Part shown: positions 19,452-30,379 of the stretch, piece by piece
Layout of the letters: each line of letters opens with the position of its first letter
How positions within the stretch are numbered: the stretch's first letter is position 1
Assembly (NCBI GenBank): GCA_030599585.1
Contig: JAUVNS010000010.1
Span: 96,001-160,000, forward strand
From: Promethearchaeota archaeon
Lineage (GTDB): Archaea; Asgardarchaeota; Lokiarchaeia; Sigyniarchaeales; SOKP01
Length of the DNA: 64,000 nt
Direction of reading: 5' to 3'
Translations under genes and position numbers: made by a program
Notes under the pieces: generated by a model
What the model was told of the DNA's origin: nothing
What the model saw: only the letters and a program-made list of their open reading frames with translations
The model's database searches: none

Positions 19452-22400
19452 TCTGAGCGAAAGGAGACAGAAAAAAAGTTAAAATCTTCTGAGGAAACTT
19501 TAAAACAAATGAGTAAAGAATTAGAACAGAGATTAGGGGAAAGAGTGATCGGATTAAGAAAATCTGAAAAAAAATTTAAGACGATCTTTGATGAATCTCC
19601 AATCGGTATTGAGCTCTATGATTCGAATGGAAAGTTGGTGGACACCAATGAATCGTGTTTAGACATATTTGGAGTGTCAAGTATAAATGATGTTCGTGGT
19701 TTTGAGTTGTTTAAAGATCCTAATATCCCTAAAGAGTATTTAAAAAAACTAAAAAAGGGACAAGTTATAAGACTTGAAATTCTTTTTGATTTTGATTTAG
19801 TTAAAGAGTTAAATTTATATAAAACAACGAAATCAGGAAAAATTTGGATTGATTTATTAATTTCGCCTCTACACCTTGAGGAAAATAATACAATTAGTAA
19901 TTTTTTAGTACAAATACAAGACATAACTGAAAAAAAAATAGCAGAGCAAAAATTAAAAGCTTTAAATAAAGAACTAGATAATAGGGTTCACGAGCGAACA
20001 AAACAATTAAAAAAATCCGAAGAACAACATAATATCTTAAGTACCGAATTGGAAACGATTTTAGATCATTATCCCGGTTTAGCTTTTTATAAAGATACGA
20101 AGAATAACTTTATACGCATAAATCAAAATGTAGTTGATTATTATAATAGTGATTCCGCTAGTGTAAAGGCTAATTTAACCAAGGAAGATATCGAGGGCAA
20201 AAACCTCTCTGATCTCTTACCGAAAGTTATAGCACAAGCATATTGGGACGATGATTTAGAAGTAATTAAGAGTGGAACTCCAAAATTAAACATAGAAAAG
20301 TCTTATAAAACAGAACACGGGATTAAATGGCTCAACTCAAATAAGATTCCGTACTTTAATGAAAATGGTGAAATTAGAGGGATTATTGGATTCTCCATAG
20401 ATATCACTGAGAGTAAGAAAGCGGAACAAAAAATCATTCAAGAAAGGGAAAAAGCAAACCTATATTTAAATGTGGTAGAGGTGATTCTTGTTGCACTTGA
20501 TAGAGATGGAAAAATTACTTTGATAAATAAAAAAGGTCATGAATTACTTGGATACAATGAGGGTGAGCTAATTGGAAAAAATTGGTTTGAAGTATGTCTT
20601 CCTCCACATGACAGAGAAAGAGTGTACGAATATTTCAAGAAGTTAATGGTTGGAGAATTAAAAGTCGTAAAATTTTATGAAAATTCTGTTTGGACAAAGA
20701 ATGGAGAAGGAAGGTTAATTTCATGGTCAACGGTTTTATTTAAAGATGAAAATGAAAATATAACAGGACTTCTAAGTTCAGGAGTAGATATAACAGAACG
20801 GGCGATAACTGAGCAGAAATTAATAGAATCAGAAGCGAGTTATAGGTATCTTTCAAACGAATTAGGGGTTATTTTGGATCATCTACCTGGAGTAGTAGTA
20901 TATAAGGATACGGAGAATAACATTCTTAGAGTAAATAAATTTTTAGCAGACGCTCATAATGTAAAAAAGACAGATATGGAGAATCGCAGTTCGTTTGATT
21001 TTTATCCTAGAGACGTAGCACAAGCTTATTGGGAAGATGATTTAGAAGTAATAAATAGTAAAAAACCAAAAATAAACATCGTAGAACCTTGGGAAACCGA
21101 TGCGGGTAAAAGATGGGTAAATACAAGCAAAATACCCTATATTGATGAAAATGGTAATGTTAAGGGAATTATAGCTATAGCGTTTGATGTTACTGAGCGT
21201 ATGCTAGCTGAACAAAAATTAAAAGAATCGGAAGAAAAATTTAGAAAACAAAATGTATTTCTTAACAATATTTTAAAATCGCTTACGCATCCGTTCTATG
21301 TGATAAATGTTAAGGATTATAAGGTTGTATTAGCTAATTCTGCCGCCTCTTCTGAGGGTTTAGTATATGGAAATCATTGTTATAGCCTTACCCATAATCG
21401 CGGTACGCCTTGTGCAGCGCCCTGCATATGTCCACTTGATGAAGTAAAAAAAACTAAAAAAACTTGCGTAGTAGAGCATACACATTACGATAAAGAAGGA
21501 AATGAGAAAATATATGAAATTTACGGATATCCAATTTTAGATGAGAATGGAAATGTCGTTCAAATGATAGAATATGCATTAAACATTACTCCTCGAAAGA
21601 TTGCGCAACAGGCATTAAAAAAATCTGAAATAAAATATAGACATTTATTTGAAAATAGCCCTTATTACATAATTTTACTAGATAAGAATGGAAATTTTAT
21701 AGATTGTAATAATAGTACTGTAGACATTTATGGATTTCCTAAAGAAGATTTCTCTGGAAAAAATTTTAAAGAAATGCCAATAATTCCTCCTGATATTTAT
21801 CCATTATTAGAGAATATAATGAAATTACTGTTTAAAGGAGAAATTCCTCCACCAATAGAGTTTAAACCTATTACAAAAGATGGAAAAATAATTTGGATAA
21901 ATTCACAGGCATCTTTAATTAAATTAGACAATGAGTTTTTTATATATATTATTGGTCAAGATATCACGGAAAGAAAAAAAACAGAGCTAAAAATAAAAGA
22001 ATCTGAAGAAAGCTATAAAGCTTTAGCCCATCAATGGCGAACAACATTCGATGCCATGAGTGAATGCGTCTATCTACTAGACTTAGAATGTAATATTATC
22101 CAGTGTAATAAAGCTACATTGGAATTCTTAGGAAAGAAGGATTATGACGAAATAATTGGACATTCGTGTTGTGAGATTATTCATGGTACAATCGAACCAG
22201 TAGAATGGTGTCCAATGGCGCGTATGATTGAGAGCAGTCATAAAGAATCCTCTGTTGTTCAAATAGGAGATAGATACTATGAAATCTCACTTGATCCCGT
22301 TATTAATGACGAAGGAACCATCATTGGAGCAGTACATATTATAAAAGATATTACAGAACGTAAAAAAGTGGAACGAGAGTTAATAGAATCTGAAGAAAGA

Positions 22401-23852
22401 TTTAAAACTCTATTTGAAGTTGCTCCTGCTTCCATTGTTTATTCTGATTTAAATGCAAACATCTTATTTTGTAATAAGCAATTTTTGAAACTCCATGGAA
22501 TTAAAAGACCAGAAATGATTAACAGAACAAATATTACTAAATTCTTTTCAAAACAAGATTTACCGAAATTGAAGATTGAGCTTCAAAAATCAATCGAGGG
22601 AAGAGCTCCAGGTCCTACAGAATATATAATGCTTAAAGAAGATGGAACTGAATTTCTAGCTGAAGCGAGTAGTATCGCAGTCCGAGATAAAAATGGAATA
22701 ACTGTAGGTTTGATTGGAGTAGCCCAAGATATCACTGAGCGTAAGAAAGCGGAACAACAATTAAAAGAATCAGAAGAAAAATTCAGAACTATTGCTGAAC
22801 GAACTTTCATGGGCATATTAATCATACAAGATGATCGTGTCAAATACGCAAACGAAGCTTTATTAAGAATGTTTGAATACTCTCAAAAAGATATAGTAAA
22901 TTGGAAAATGGATGATCTAACTAAACTGATTGATTCTGATGATTTATTATTCCTTAGAGAATACCGTGAGCACCTAAGAAGTGGTGATAAAAATTTTAAA
23001 CCATACTATTCTTATAAAGTGTTTACTAAATCCGGTAAAATAAAATGGATTGATCAATTTTCGAAAGAGATGCTTTATAAAGGAAGGCTAGCAGAACTTG
23101 TTACTATAATGGATATTACTGAAAAAAAGGAAGCAGAAAAAGAATTAATAAAATTAAATAACATGAAATCTGAATTACTAAGGAGAACATCTCACGAATT
23201 AAAGACGCCCTTGGTTTCTATTAAAGGATTTTCTGACCTTTTATTAGAATTGCATAGGGGCAAACTCGATGATTATGTGATAAGAACACTTGAACAAATT
23301 AGAACGGGATGTAATCGCCTTGAATCTCTCGTTAACGACATTTTAAAAACCGCAGAATTAGAATCTGGAACAGTTGCGTTAAAAAAATCAAAGGAGGATT
23401 TATCTCTCTTAATAAAGATAGGTGTGAATGATTTAGAAGGATTGTCAGAGTTGAGAAATCATACAATAAATCTCGAGATATCAGATAATTTAATTTGTTC
23501 TATTGAAAAAGAACAAGTATACAACGTTATTACTAACATTTTAAATAATGCTATAAAATTCACGCCCTCCAATGGAAAAATGGAGGTCAAATCAGAAATT
23601 AATAATGATTTTATTATAATTTCAATAAAGGATAACGGGATTGGTTTTACAAAGGAAGAAAAAACTCAGATATTTAAGCAATTTGGAAAAATTGAACGTT
23701 ATGGTCAGGGATATGATGTAATTTCTGAGGGGTCAGGATTAGGCTTATATATATCAAAAAAAATTATAGAAATGCATGGTGGAGAGATTTGGCTCGAATC
23801 TGAAGGGAGGGATAAAGGTTCTACTTTTTATTTTTCACTTCCTATAAATTAA
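19071..23852 (+). CDS. Cytoplasmic multi-PAS histidine kinase (~10 PAS/PAC)
   Basis: Ten DITE-type PAS ends; SHELKTPL H-box; NNAIKF, DNGIG, GSGLGL; no TM. Confidence 0.95.
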   Translation: MVVSDLKVGENSFRSLAENLPGIVYRVLIEDDNRTIFFNDMVQTMTGYNPEDLKKGKVCSIDPLILPEDRLHVINIVKDAIEKNAPFEVEYRINNKSGELKWFFESGRPIRGHNGNPSYIDGVIFDISERKETEKKLKSSEETLKQMSKELEQRLGERVIGLRKSEKKFKTIFDESPIGIELYDSNGKLVDTNESCLDIFGVSSINDVRGFELFKDPNIPKEYLKKLKKGQVIRLEILFDFDLVKELNLYKTTKSGKIWIDLLISPLHLEENNTISNFLVQIQDITEKKIAEQKLKALNKELDNRVHERTKQLKKSEEQHNILSTELETILDHYPGLAFYKDTKNNFIRINQNVVDYYNSDSASVKANLTKEDIEGKNLSDLLPKVIAQAYWDDDLEVIKSGTPKLNIEKSYKTEHGIKWLNSNKIPYFNENGEIRGIIGFSIDITESKKAEQKIIQEREKANLYLNVVEVILVALDRDGKITLINKKGHELLGYNEGELIGKNWFEVCLPPHDRERVYEYFKKLMVGELKVVKFYENSVWTKNGEGRLISWSTVLFKDENENITGLLSSGVDITERAITEQKLIESEASYRYLSNELGVILDHLPGVVVYKDTENNILRVNKFLADAHNVKKTDMENRSSFDFYPRDVAQAYWEDDLEVINSKKPKINIVEPWETDAGKRWVNTSKIPYIDENGNVKGIIAIAFDVTERMLAEQKLKESEEKFRKQNVFLNNILKSLTHPFYVINVKDYKVVLANSAASSEGLVYGNHCYSLTHNRGTPCAAPCICPLDEVKKTKKTCVVEHTHYDKEGNEKIYEIYGYPILDENGNVVQMIEYALNITPRKIAQQALKKSEIKYRHLFENSPYYIILLDKNGNFIDCNNSTVDIYGFPKEDFSGKNFKEMPIIPPDIYPLLENIMKLLFKGEIPPPIEFKPITKDGKIIWINSQASLIKLDNEFFIYIIGQDITERKKTELKIKESEESYKALAHQWRTTFDAMSECVYLLDLECNIIQCNKATLEFLGKKDYDEIIGHSCCEIIHGTIEPVEWCPMARMIESSHKESSVVQIGDRYYEISLDPVINDEGTIIGAVHIIKDITERKKVERELIESEERFKTLFEVAPASIVYSDLNANILFCNKQFLKLHGIKRPEMINRTNITKFFSKQDLPKLKIELQKSIEGRAPGPTEYIMLKEDGTEFLAEASSIAVRDKNGITVGLIGVAQDITERKKAEQQLKESEEKFRTIAERTFMGILIIQDDRVKYANEALLRMFEYSQKDIVNWKMDDLTKLIDSDDLLFLREYREHLRSGDKNFKPYYSYKVFTKSGKIKWIDQFSKEMLYKGRLAELVTIMDITEKKEAEKELIKLNNMKSELLRRTSHELKTPLVSIKGFSDLLLELHRGKLDDYVIRTLEQIRTGCNRLESLVNDILKTAELESGTVALKKSKEDLSLLIKIGVNDLEGLSELRNHTINLEISDNLICSIEKEQVYNVITNILNNAIKFTPSNGKMEVKSEINNDFIIISIKDNGIGFTKEEKTQIFKQFGKIERYGQGYDVISEGSGLGLYISKKIIEMHGGEIWLESEGRDKGSTFYFSLPIN

Positions 23853-23929
23853 AAATCAATTTAAATGATCAGAAAGAATTTTAAAATCGGGGAAATTATC
23901 TTACTAACTCCTTTCCCCTCTAAACCTAT

Positions 23930-24570
23930 CTCAAAATTATAAAAAATACTAATTAGACTTACTACAATCTTTTTGTTTAATTTTTTTAAATTAGAATTGA
24001 TTTTTGTACAATTAAACACTTTATTTGACAAAAAAGACTAAATTCCTTCATGTTTTTATGAATAGTTATTCGTTTAATTGTTTGCTTTATCAAAATTATT
24101 AAATATGATATGCTCAATTAATTTTTTGTCTAAAAGAGAAAAATGATAGTTAAATTTCTTTTTTTTTCTTACTAAGGTGAGGTTTGAAAATGGTTGTAGA
24201 CAATTTAAATGAGGGAAAAAATTCTTTTCGTCGGCTTACTGAAAATCTACCAGGAATAGTTTATAGAGTTTTACTTGAGGACGACAATCGAGTAATATTC
24301 TTTAATGATATGGTTCATACCATGACTGGCTATAGTCCTGAGGAATTGAAGAAAGGAAAAGTTTGTTCTATTAGCCCGTTAATTTTGCCTGAAGATAAGG
24401 TACACGTAATAAACATTGTTAAAGATGCTATAGAAAATAATGTTCCGTTTGAAGTAGAGTACCGCATATATAATAAAAGTGGAGAATTAAAATGGTTTTT
24501 TGAGCGCGGTAGACCTATCAGAGGCGATAATGGAAATCCTTCCTATATTGACGGTGTTATTTTCGATATT
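23930..24570 (+). repeat. Direct repeat copy 2 (upstream region plus first PAS of kinase 2)
   Basis: Near-identical to 18813..19451. Confidence 0.9.
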
Positions 24571-27500
24571 ACAAAGCAAAAGGAGGCAGAGAAAAAGTTA
24601 AAAGAATCCGAAGAAAAGTATAGATTACTATTTGAAAATGCTAATGATGGTATTTCTATTCTTGATCTTGAAGGTAATTTTTATGAGGTTAATAATCTAT
24701 ATTGCACGCGATTAGGATATACAAGAGAAGAAATATTAAAATCAAACATTAGGGATATTGATACTCAAGAATATGCTGATTTAGTATCAAATCGCATTTT
24801 AGATATAAGAGAGAAAGGATTTAATATTTTTGAATCAGCACATAGGGCAAAAGATGGCAGAATTATACCTGTTGAAATAAGTTCTAAAAGTATTCTATAC
24901 GATAATAAACCAACTATCCTTAGTATCGTTCGTGATATCACTGAGCGCAAGAAAATTGAGGAGGAATTACGAGAAAATGAAAAGCTTCTCAAAAATGCTC
25001 AAGAATTAGCACACATTGGTCATTGGAAACTTGATCCTTCAACTATGGAGGTGTCTGGTTCTGATGAGTTATTCAAAATTTTTGGTCTTACTCACGATGA
25101 GGCGTCACTTGAAAAATTTGTTGAGGTAGTCCACCCCGAAGATAGAGAAATGGACTTGTTTCACATAAGAAGAGGTATGGAAAAGGGTGAAAGTTGGGAT
25201 ATTGAACATCGTGTGATCTCTAAAGATGGTACAGAAAAATGGGTACACGCTTTAGGTGAAGCAATCAAAGATGATGACGATAAAGTTATCATGTTGATGG
25301 GTACTGTACAAGATATCACAGAGCGTAGGAAAATAATGGAAGAGCTTCGTATAAAAGATATTATTTTCAATGCTTCTCTTTCTGCACAAAGCACTACTGA
25401 TATAAATGGAATAATTAATCATGCAAACCCAGCATTTTTAGAAATGTGGGGTTATAAATCGAAAGAAGAAGCAATTGGAAATTCAGTTGGTAGTTTTTTC
25501 GCTAATCATAATGATGTTGTTCCTGTCTTTGAAGCACTTAGAGAGACGGGGAAGTGGGAAGGTGATTTTGTAGCGAAAAGATGTGATGGTTCGACATTTA
25601 TTTCACAAGGGTTTGCTTCAGCCATATATAATGAAAATGATGGTCAGATTGGATTTCAATCAACAAATCTTAATATTACAAAACGTAAAGAAGCTGAGCT
25701 AAAATTAAAAAATGAAACGGAAAAAGTGAAGAAATATCTGGGAATTGCTGGTGTAGTTATTTTAGCTCTTGATATTGAAGGGAACATAAATGTATTGAAT
25801 AAAAAAGGTTATAAACTACTTAAATACGAAGAAGGAGAACTCATAGGAAAAAATTGGTTTGAAACCTGTATTCCAATACATAACAGAAAAGATGTTTCCG
25901 GTGTTTTCGAAAGCTTAATGCGTAATGATATAGAACTAGTTGAATTTTATGAAAATTCTATTTTAACTAAAAGTGGCGAGGAAAAAATTATTGCATGGAA
26001 GAACACGATAATTCATGATGATAATGGGAAAATAATTGGAACACTCAGTTCGGGTGAAGATATAACTGAGCGAAAAAAAGCTGAACAAAAATTAAAAGAA
26101 TCCGAAGAAAAATTTAGATTATTATTTGAATCTATTGCGGACCCTATTCACATTATTGATGAAGATTTAAAGATTATTTACATGAATCCCGCTTTTGAAA
26201 GATGGTTAAAATCATTTAACCTGGATTTAAATATTATTGGAAAAAATCCCGTTGAAGCATGGCCCTTTATTGGGGAGAGGGTAAATGCTGAATATCAAAA
26301 AGTCTTTAAAACTAAAAAAATACACATCAAAGAAGATTGGGCTTATGCTGATGATAGATCCACATTTACCGAAACCAGAAAAATACCTATTCTCAAGTCT
26401 GGGAATGTTGTTCAAGTAATTACTATTATAAGAGATTTTTCTGACCGAAAAAAAGCTGAAGAAAAATTAAAAGAATCGGAAGAAAATTTTCGAAAACAAA
26501 ATGTGTTTCTTAATAATATTTTAGAATCACTTACGCATCCGTTATATGTGATAAATGTTAAGGATTACACGATAGCATTAGCTAATTCTACCGCCTCTTC
26601 TGAGGGATTAGAATATGGAAAATATTGTTATAGTCTTACTCATAATAATGATAAACCATGCGAAGCTCCCTGTATCTGTCCATTTAATGTAGTGAAAAAT
26701 ACTAAAAAAACTTGCGTAGTAGAACATACACATTACGATCAAGAGGGAAATGAGAAAATTTATGAAATTTACGGATATCCAATCCTAGATGAAAATGGAA
26801 ATGTTGTTCAAATGATAGAATATGCAATAAACATTACCGATCGCAAGATTGCACAACAAGAATTAAAAAAATCCGAAGAAAAATATAGACATTTATTTGA
26901 AAATAGCCCTTATTACATAATTTTACTAGATAAGGAGGGAATTTTTATTGATTGTAATAATACGACTGTAGACATTTATGGATATCCTAAAGAAGATTTC
27001 TATGGAAAAAACTTTAAAGAAATGCCAATAATTCCCCCTGATCTTTTACCATTATTAGAAAATGTAATGGAATTACTGTTTAAAGGAGAAATGCCTCCAC
27101 CAATAGAGTTTAAACCTATTACAAAAGATGGAAAAAAAATTTGGATAAATTCACAGGCATCTTTAATTAAATTAGACAACGAGTTTTTTATATATATTAT
27201 TGGTCAAGATATCACGGAAAGAAAAAAAACAGAGCTAAAAATAAAAGAATCTGAAGAAAATTATAGAGATTTAGCCAATCAATGGCGAACAACATTCGAT
27301 GCCATGAGTGAAGCTGTTTTTCTACTAGACTTAGAATGTAATATTCTCCAGTGTAATAAAGCTACATTAGATATCTTGGGAGCTGAGAAATATAACGAAA
27401 TAATTGGACATTCGTGTTGTGAGATTATACATGGAACAATCGAACCAGTAGAATGGTGTCCAATGGCGCGTATGATTAAGAGTAGTCATAAAGAAGCCTC

Positions 27501-30300
27501 TATTGCTCAAATAGGAGATAAATGGTGTGATATCTCGCTTGATCCTGTTATCAACGATGAAGGAACCCTCATTGGAGCAGTGCACATTATAAAAGATATT
27601 ACAGAACGTAAAAAAGCGGAACGAGAGTTAAAAGAATCTGAACAAGCTTTAAAGGTTTCAGAAGAAAAATATAGATCTTTTATTGAAAATTTTCAAGGAA
27701 TTGCATACCAAGGTTATGAAGATTATTCTGCTGACTTCTTTCACGGAGCAGTAGAAGAAATTACGGGCTATACAACTGAAGATTTTATGTCAGGAAGAAT
27801 AAAGTGGAATCAGCTTTTCCATCCTGATGATGCTTCTAAATTCCGAACCATGCAAGAAAAATTCGGTAAAATCCCACAAACTCAATTAGAATATAGAATT
27901 AAAGCTAAAGATGGATCAACTCATTGGATTTTAAGCAAAACTCAGAAATTTTATGACGAGATCAAGAATAGACTGGGTGGACGAGGAATTTTCATTGATA
28001 TTACTGATAAAAAAAAAGCAGAGCAACAACTCAAAGAATCTGAAGAAAAATTCAGAACCATTGCTGAACAATCTTTTATGAGCATTTATATCATACAAGA
28101 TGGATTGATAAAATATAGGAATCAGCGAGCAGCTGATGTAAGTGAATATAGTGAAGAGGATATTAAAAACTGGAAACCTTATGAGTACGCAAAAGCAATA
28201 CATCCTGAAGATAGAATGTTTGTCTTAGACCAATCTAGAAAGAAGGAAAAAGGTGAAACTGATGTTATTAACCGTCATAAATATCGTATAGTAAAAAAAT
28301 CAGGTGAGATTGCGTGGGTTGATAATTTTTCTAAGACGATTAATTTTATGGGAAAACCTGCAGTTTTAATTATAACAGAAGACATTACAGAAAAAATTTT
28401 AGCAGAACAAAAAATAAAAGAATCAGAAAAAAAATATCGTCATTTATTTGAAAGTTCCCCCTATTTCATAGGATTGATAGATGAAGATGGAATCTTAGTG
28501 GATTGTAATTCGTCTATAAGCAAATTTCTCTCTATGCGGACAAAAGAAGATGTAATAGGTAAAAAAATCCTTGACACTCTCTCAATAGTGGAAGAAAATA
28601 AGGAGATTATACCACTAATGAAAAAATTATTCCAAGAAGCATATTCTAACGAACAAGGGAAATCCTATGAATTTAAATTACATCGATCAATAGGAGGATT
28701 CTTATGGTTGAAAGTAGAAGGTTCTATTGTGGAAATTAACAATCATAAATTATTACAATTTATAGCCCAAGACATTACAAATAGAAAAATGATTGAAGAG
28801 GAATTAAAAGAGTCGGAAATAAAATTTAGAACTATATCTGAACAGTTTCTTATGGGTATTGGGATTTTACAGGATGAGGAAGTAAAATATGCAAATTTGA
28901 AATTAGCTAATATGTATGGATATGATGTTGAGGAATTTATTGGCAAGACATATTCTGAATTCCTAAATTTAATTCATCCCGAAGATAGAGCAAAATTAAT
29001 TAGACAAGTCGAAAAAAGGAAGGATAGAACGCGTGATACTGGGGTCTTTTATCAATTTCGTGCGTTTAAAAAAACAGGTGAACTATTCTGGGCAAACATT
29101 TACTCACGGATAATTACTTATCAAGGGAAACGTGCAGGTTTACTCGCTATTCTTGATAATACTGAAATAAAAATGGCAGAATTAAAACTCAAGGAATCTG
29201 AGGAAAAGTTTAGAAAAATAGCTGAACAGTCATTTATGGGTATAATCATTCGCCAACATGATAGTATTAAGTATGTGAATGAGGCGGCCATAAATATATT
29301 CGGTTACCCTATGGAAGATGTTAAAGAGTGGTCAAATGAATACATCACAGAAAAGTGTATTTACGCCGAAGACTTACCTTACATAAGGGAAAATCGTAGA
29401 ACTGAGAGAGATAGAAAACCCGAAATAAAACAATTTTTATCGTATCGTATCATTACTAAATCAGGAAAATTAAGATGGGTTGATCAATATTCAAAAATAT
29501 TCCTATATCAAGGTGAAATATCGGAATTAATCACTATAGTTGATATAACGGAAAAAAAGGAAGCTGAGAGAATAATAATTGAGGAAAATAAAAAACTTTT
29601 AGAATTAGACAAAATGAGAAGGGATTTTATGATTAGAGCATCACATGAATTAAAAACTCCATTAAATTCCATCTATAGTACTTCAGAATTTCTACTTCAT
29701 TATAATGAGGAAATTTTAGATGAAAAACTCAAGAAATTTCTTAAAATTATATATAAAGGCGGTAAACGATTAAAGATGCTAATAGAAAATTTGCTAGATG
29801 TTTCCAGAATTGAATCAGCAAAATTTGAGTTAAACATGGCTGAAAAAAATATTATAAAGATCATCGAAAATTGTATCAAAGAAGTGTATTTTTTATCCAA
29901 GAGACGAAATATATCAATTATTTTTGAGAAATCTGAGGATATACTATTAGCTTTGGACAAAATTAGGATGGAACAAGTAATTGCGAATATATTAGTAAAT
30001 GCTATTAAAAATACACCTAATTATGGAGAAGTTATAATTAAAACTCTACAGGAAGAAGATCTTGTAAAAATTTCCATTAAAGATACAGGAGTGGGCTTTA
30101 CTGAAGAAGAAAAATCAAAAACATTCGAGAAGTTTGGAAAGATAGAAAGATATGGTCAAGGAATGGATATTGATACGGAAGGTTCAGGTTTAGGATTATT
30201 TATTTCAAAAGAAATAGTTGAATTACATGGTGGTGACATTGAGTTACTGTCACAGGGGAGAAATAAGGGATCTACATTTATTATTAGACTTCCTTTATAA
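24190..30300 (+). CDS. Cytoplasmic multi-PAS histidine kinase (~14 PAS/PAC)
   Basis: Fourteen DITE-type ends; SHELKTPL; HATPase motifs. ATG 24190 preferred over TTG 24184 by match to the paralogue start and a GAGGT SD. Confidence 0.95.
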   Translation: MVVDNLNEGKNSFRRLTENLPGIVYRVLLEDDNRVIFFNDMVHTMTGYSPEELKKGKVCSISPLILPEDKVHVINIVKDAIENNVPFEVEYRIYNKSGELKWFFERGRPIRGDNGNPSYIDGVIFDITKQKEAEKKLKESEEKYRLLFENANDGISILDLEGNFYEVNNLYCTRLGYTREEILKSNIRDIDTQEYADLVSNRILDIREKGFNIFESAHRAKDGRIIPVEISSKSILYDNKPTILSIVRDITERKKIEEELRENEKLLKNAQELAHIGHWKLDPSTMEVSGSDELFKIFGLTHDEASLEKFVEVVHPEDREMDLFHIRRGMEKGESWDIEHRVISKDGTEKWVHALGEAIKDDDDKVIMLMGTVQDITERRKIMEELRIKDIIFNASLSAQSTTDINGIINHANPAFLEMWGYKSKEEAIGNSVGSFFANHNDVVPVFEALRETGKWEGDFVAKRCDGSTFISQGFASAIYNENDGQIGFQSTNLNITKRKEAELKLKNETEKVKKYLGIAGVVILALDIEGNINVLNKKGYKLLKYEEGELIGKNWFETCIPIHNRKDVSGVFESLMRNDIELVEFYENSILTKSGEEKIIAWKNTIIHDDNGKIIGTLSSGEDITERKKAEQKLKESEEKFRLLFESIADPIHIIDEDLKIIYMNPAFERWLKSFNLDLNIIGKNPVEAWPFIGERVNAEYQKVFKTKKIHIKEDWAYADDRSTFTETRKIPILKSGNVVQVITIIRDFSDRKKAEEKLKESEENFRKQNVFLNNILESLTHPLYVINVKDYTIALANSTASSEGLEYGKYCYSLTHNNDKPCEAPCICPFNVVKNTKKTCVVEHTHYDQEGNEKIYEIYGYPILDENGNVVQMIEYAINITDRKIAQQELKKSEEKYRHLFENSPYYIILLDKEGIFIDCNNTTVDIYGYPKEDFYGKNFKEMPIIPPDLLPLLENVMELLFKGEMPPPIEFKPITKDGKKIWINSQASLIKLDNEFFIYIIGQDITERKKTELKIKESEENYRDLANQWRTTFDAMSEAVFLLDLECNILQCNKATLDILGAEKYNEIIGHSCCEIIHGTIEPVEWCPMARMIKSSHKEASIAQIGDKWCDISLDPVINDEGTLIGAVHIIKDITERKKAERELKESEQALKVSEEKYRSFIENFQGIAYQGYEDYSADFFHGAVEEITGYTTEDFMSGRIKWNQLFHPDDASKFRTMQEKFGKIPQTQLEYRIKAKDGSTHWILSKTQKFYDEIKNRLGGRGIFIDITDKKKAEQQLKESEEKFRTIAEQSFMSIYIIQDGLIKYRNQRAADVSEYSEEDIKNWKPYEYAKAIHPEDRMFVLDQSRKKEKGETDVINRHKYRIVKKSGEIAWVDNFSKTINFMGKPAVLIITEDITEKILAEQKIKESEKKYRHLFESSPYFIGLIDEDGILVDCNSSISKFLSMRTKEDVIGKKILDTLSIVEENKEIIPLMKKLFQEAYSNEQGKSYEFKLHRSIGGFLWLKVEGSIVEINNHKLLQFIAQDITNRKMIEEELKESEIKFRTISEQFLMGIGILQDEEVKYANLKLANMYGYDVEEFIGKTYSEFLNLIHPEDRAKLIRQVEKRKDRTRDTGVFYQFRAFKKTGELFWANIYSRIITYQGKRAGLLAILDNTEIKMAELKLKESEEKFRKIAEQSFMGIIIRQHDSIKYVNEAAINIFGYPMEDVKEWSNEYITEKCIYAEDLPYIRENRRTERDRKPEIKQFLSYRIITKSGKLRWVDQYSKIFLYQGEISELITIVDITEKKEAERIIIEENKKLLELDKMRRDFMIRASHELKTPLNSIYSTSEFLLHYNEEILDEKLKKFLKIIYKGGKRLKMLIENLLDVSRIESAKFELNMAEKNIIKIIENCIKEVYFLSKRRNISIIFEKSEDILLALDKIRMEQVIANILVNAIKNTPNYGEVIIKTLQEEDLVKISIKDTGVGFTEEEKSKTFEKFGKIERYGQGMDIDTEGSGLGLFISKEIVELHGGDIELLSQGRNKGSTFIIRLPL

Positions 30301-30379
30301 ATTTATATCTTATTATGTAAAACAGTAAAAATGATAGTGTTTTATCATTTCCTAAAAAAAATAATAGGTCGATGTAACT

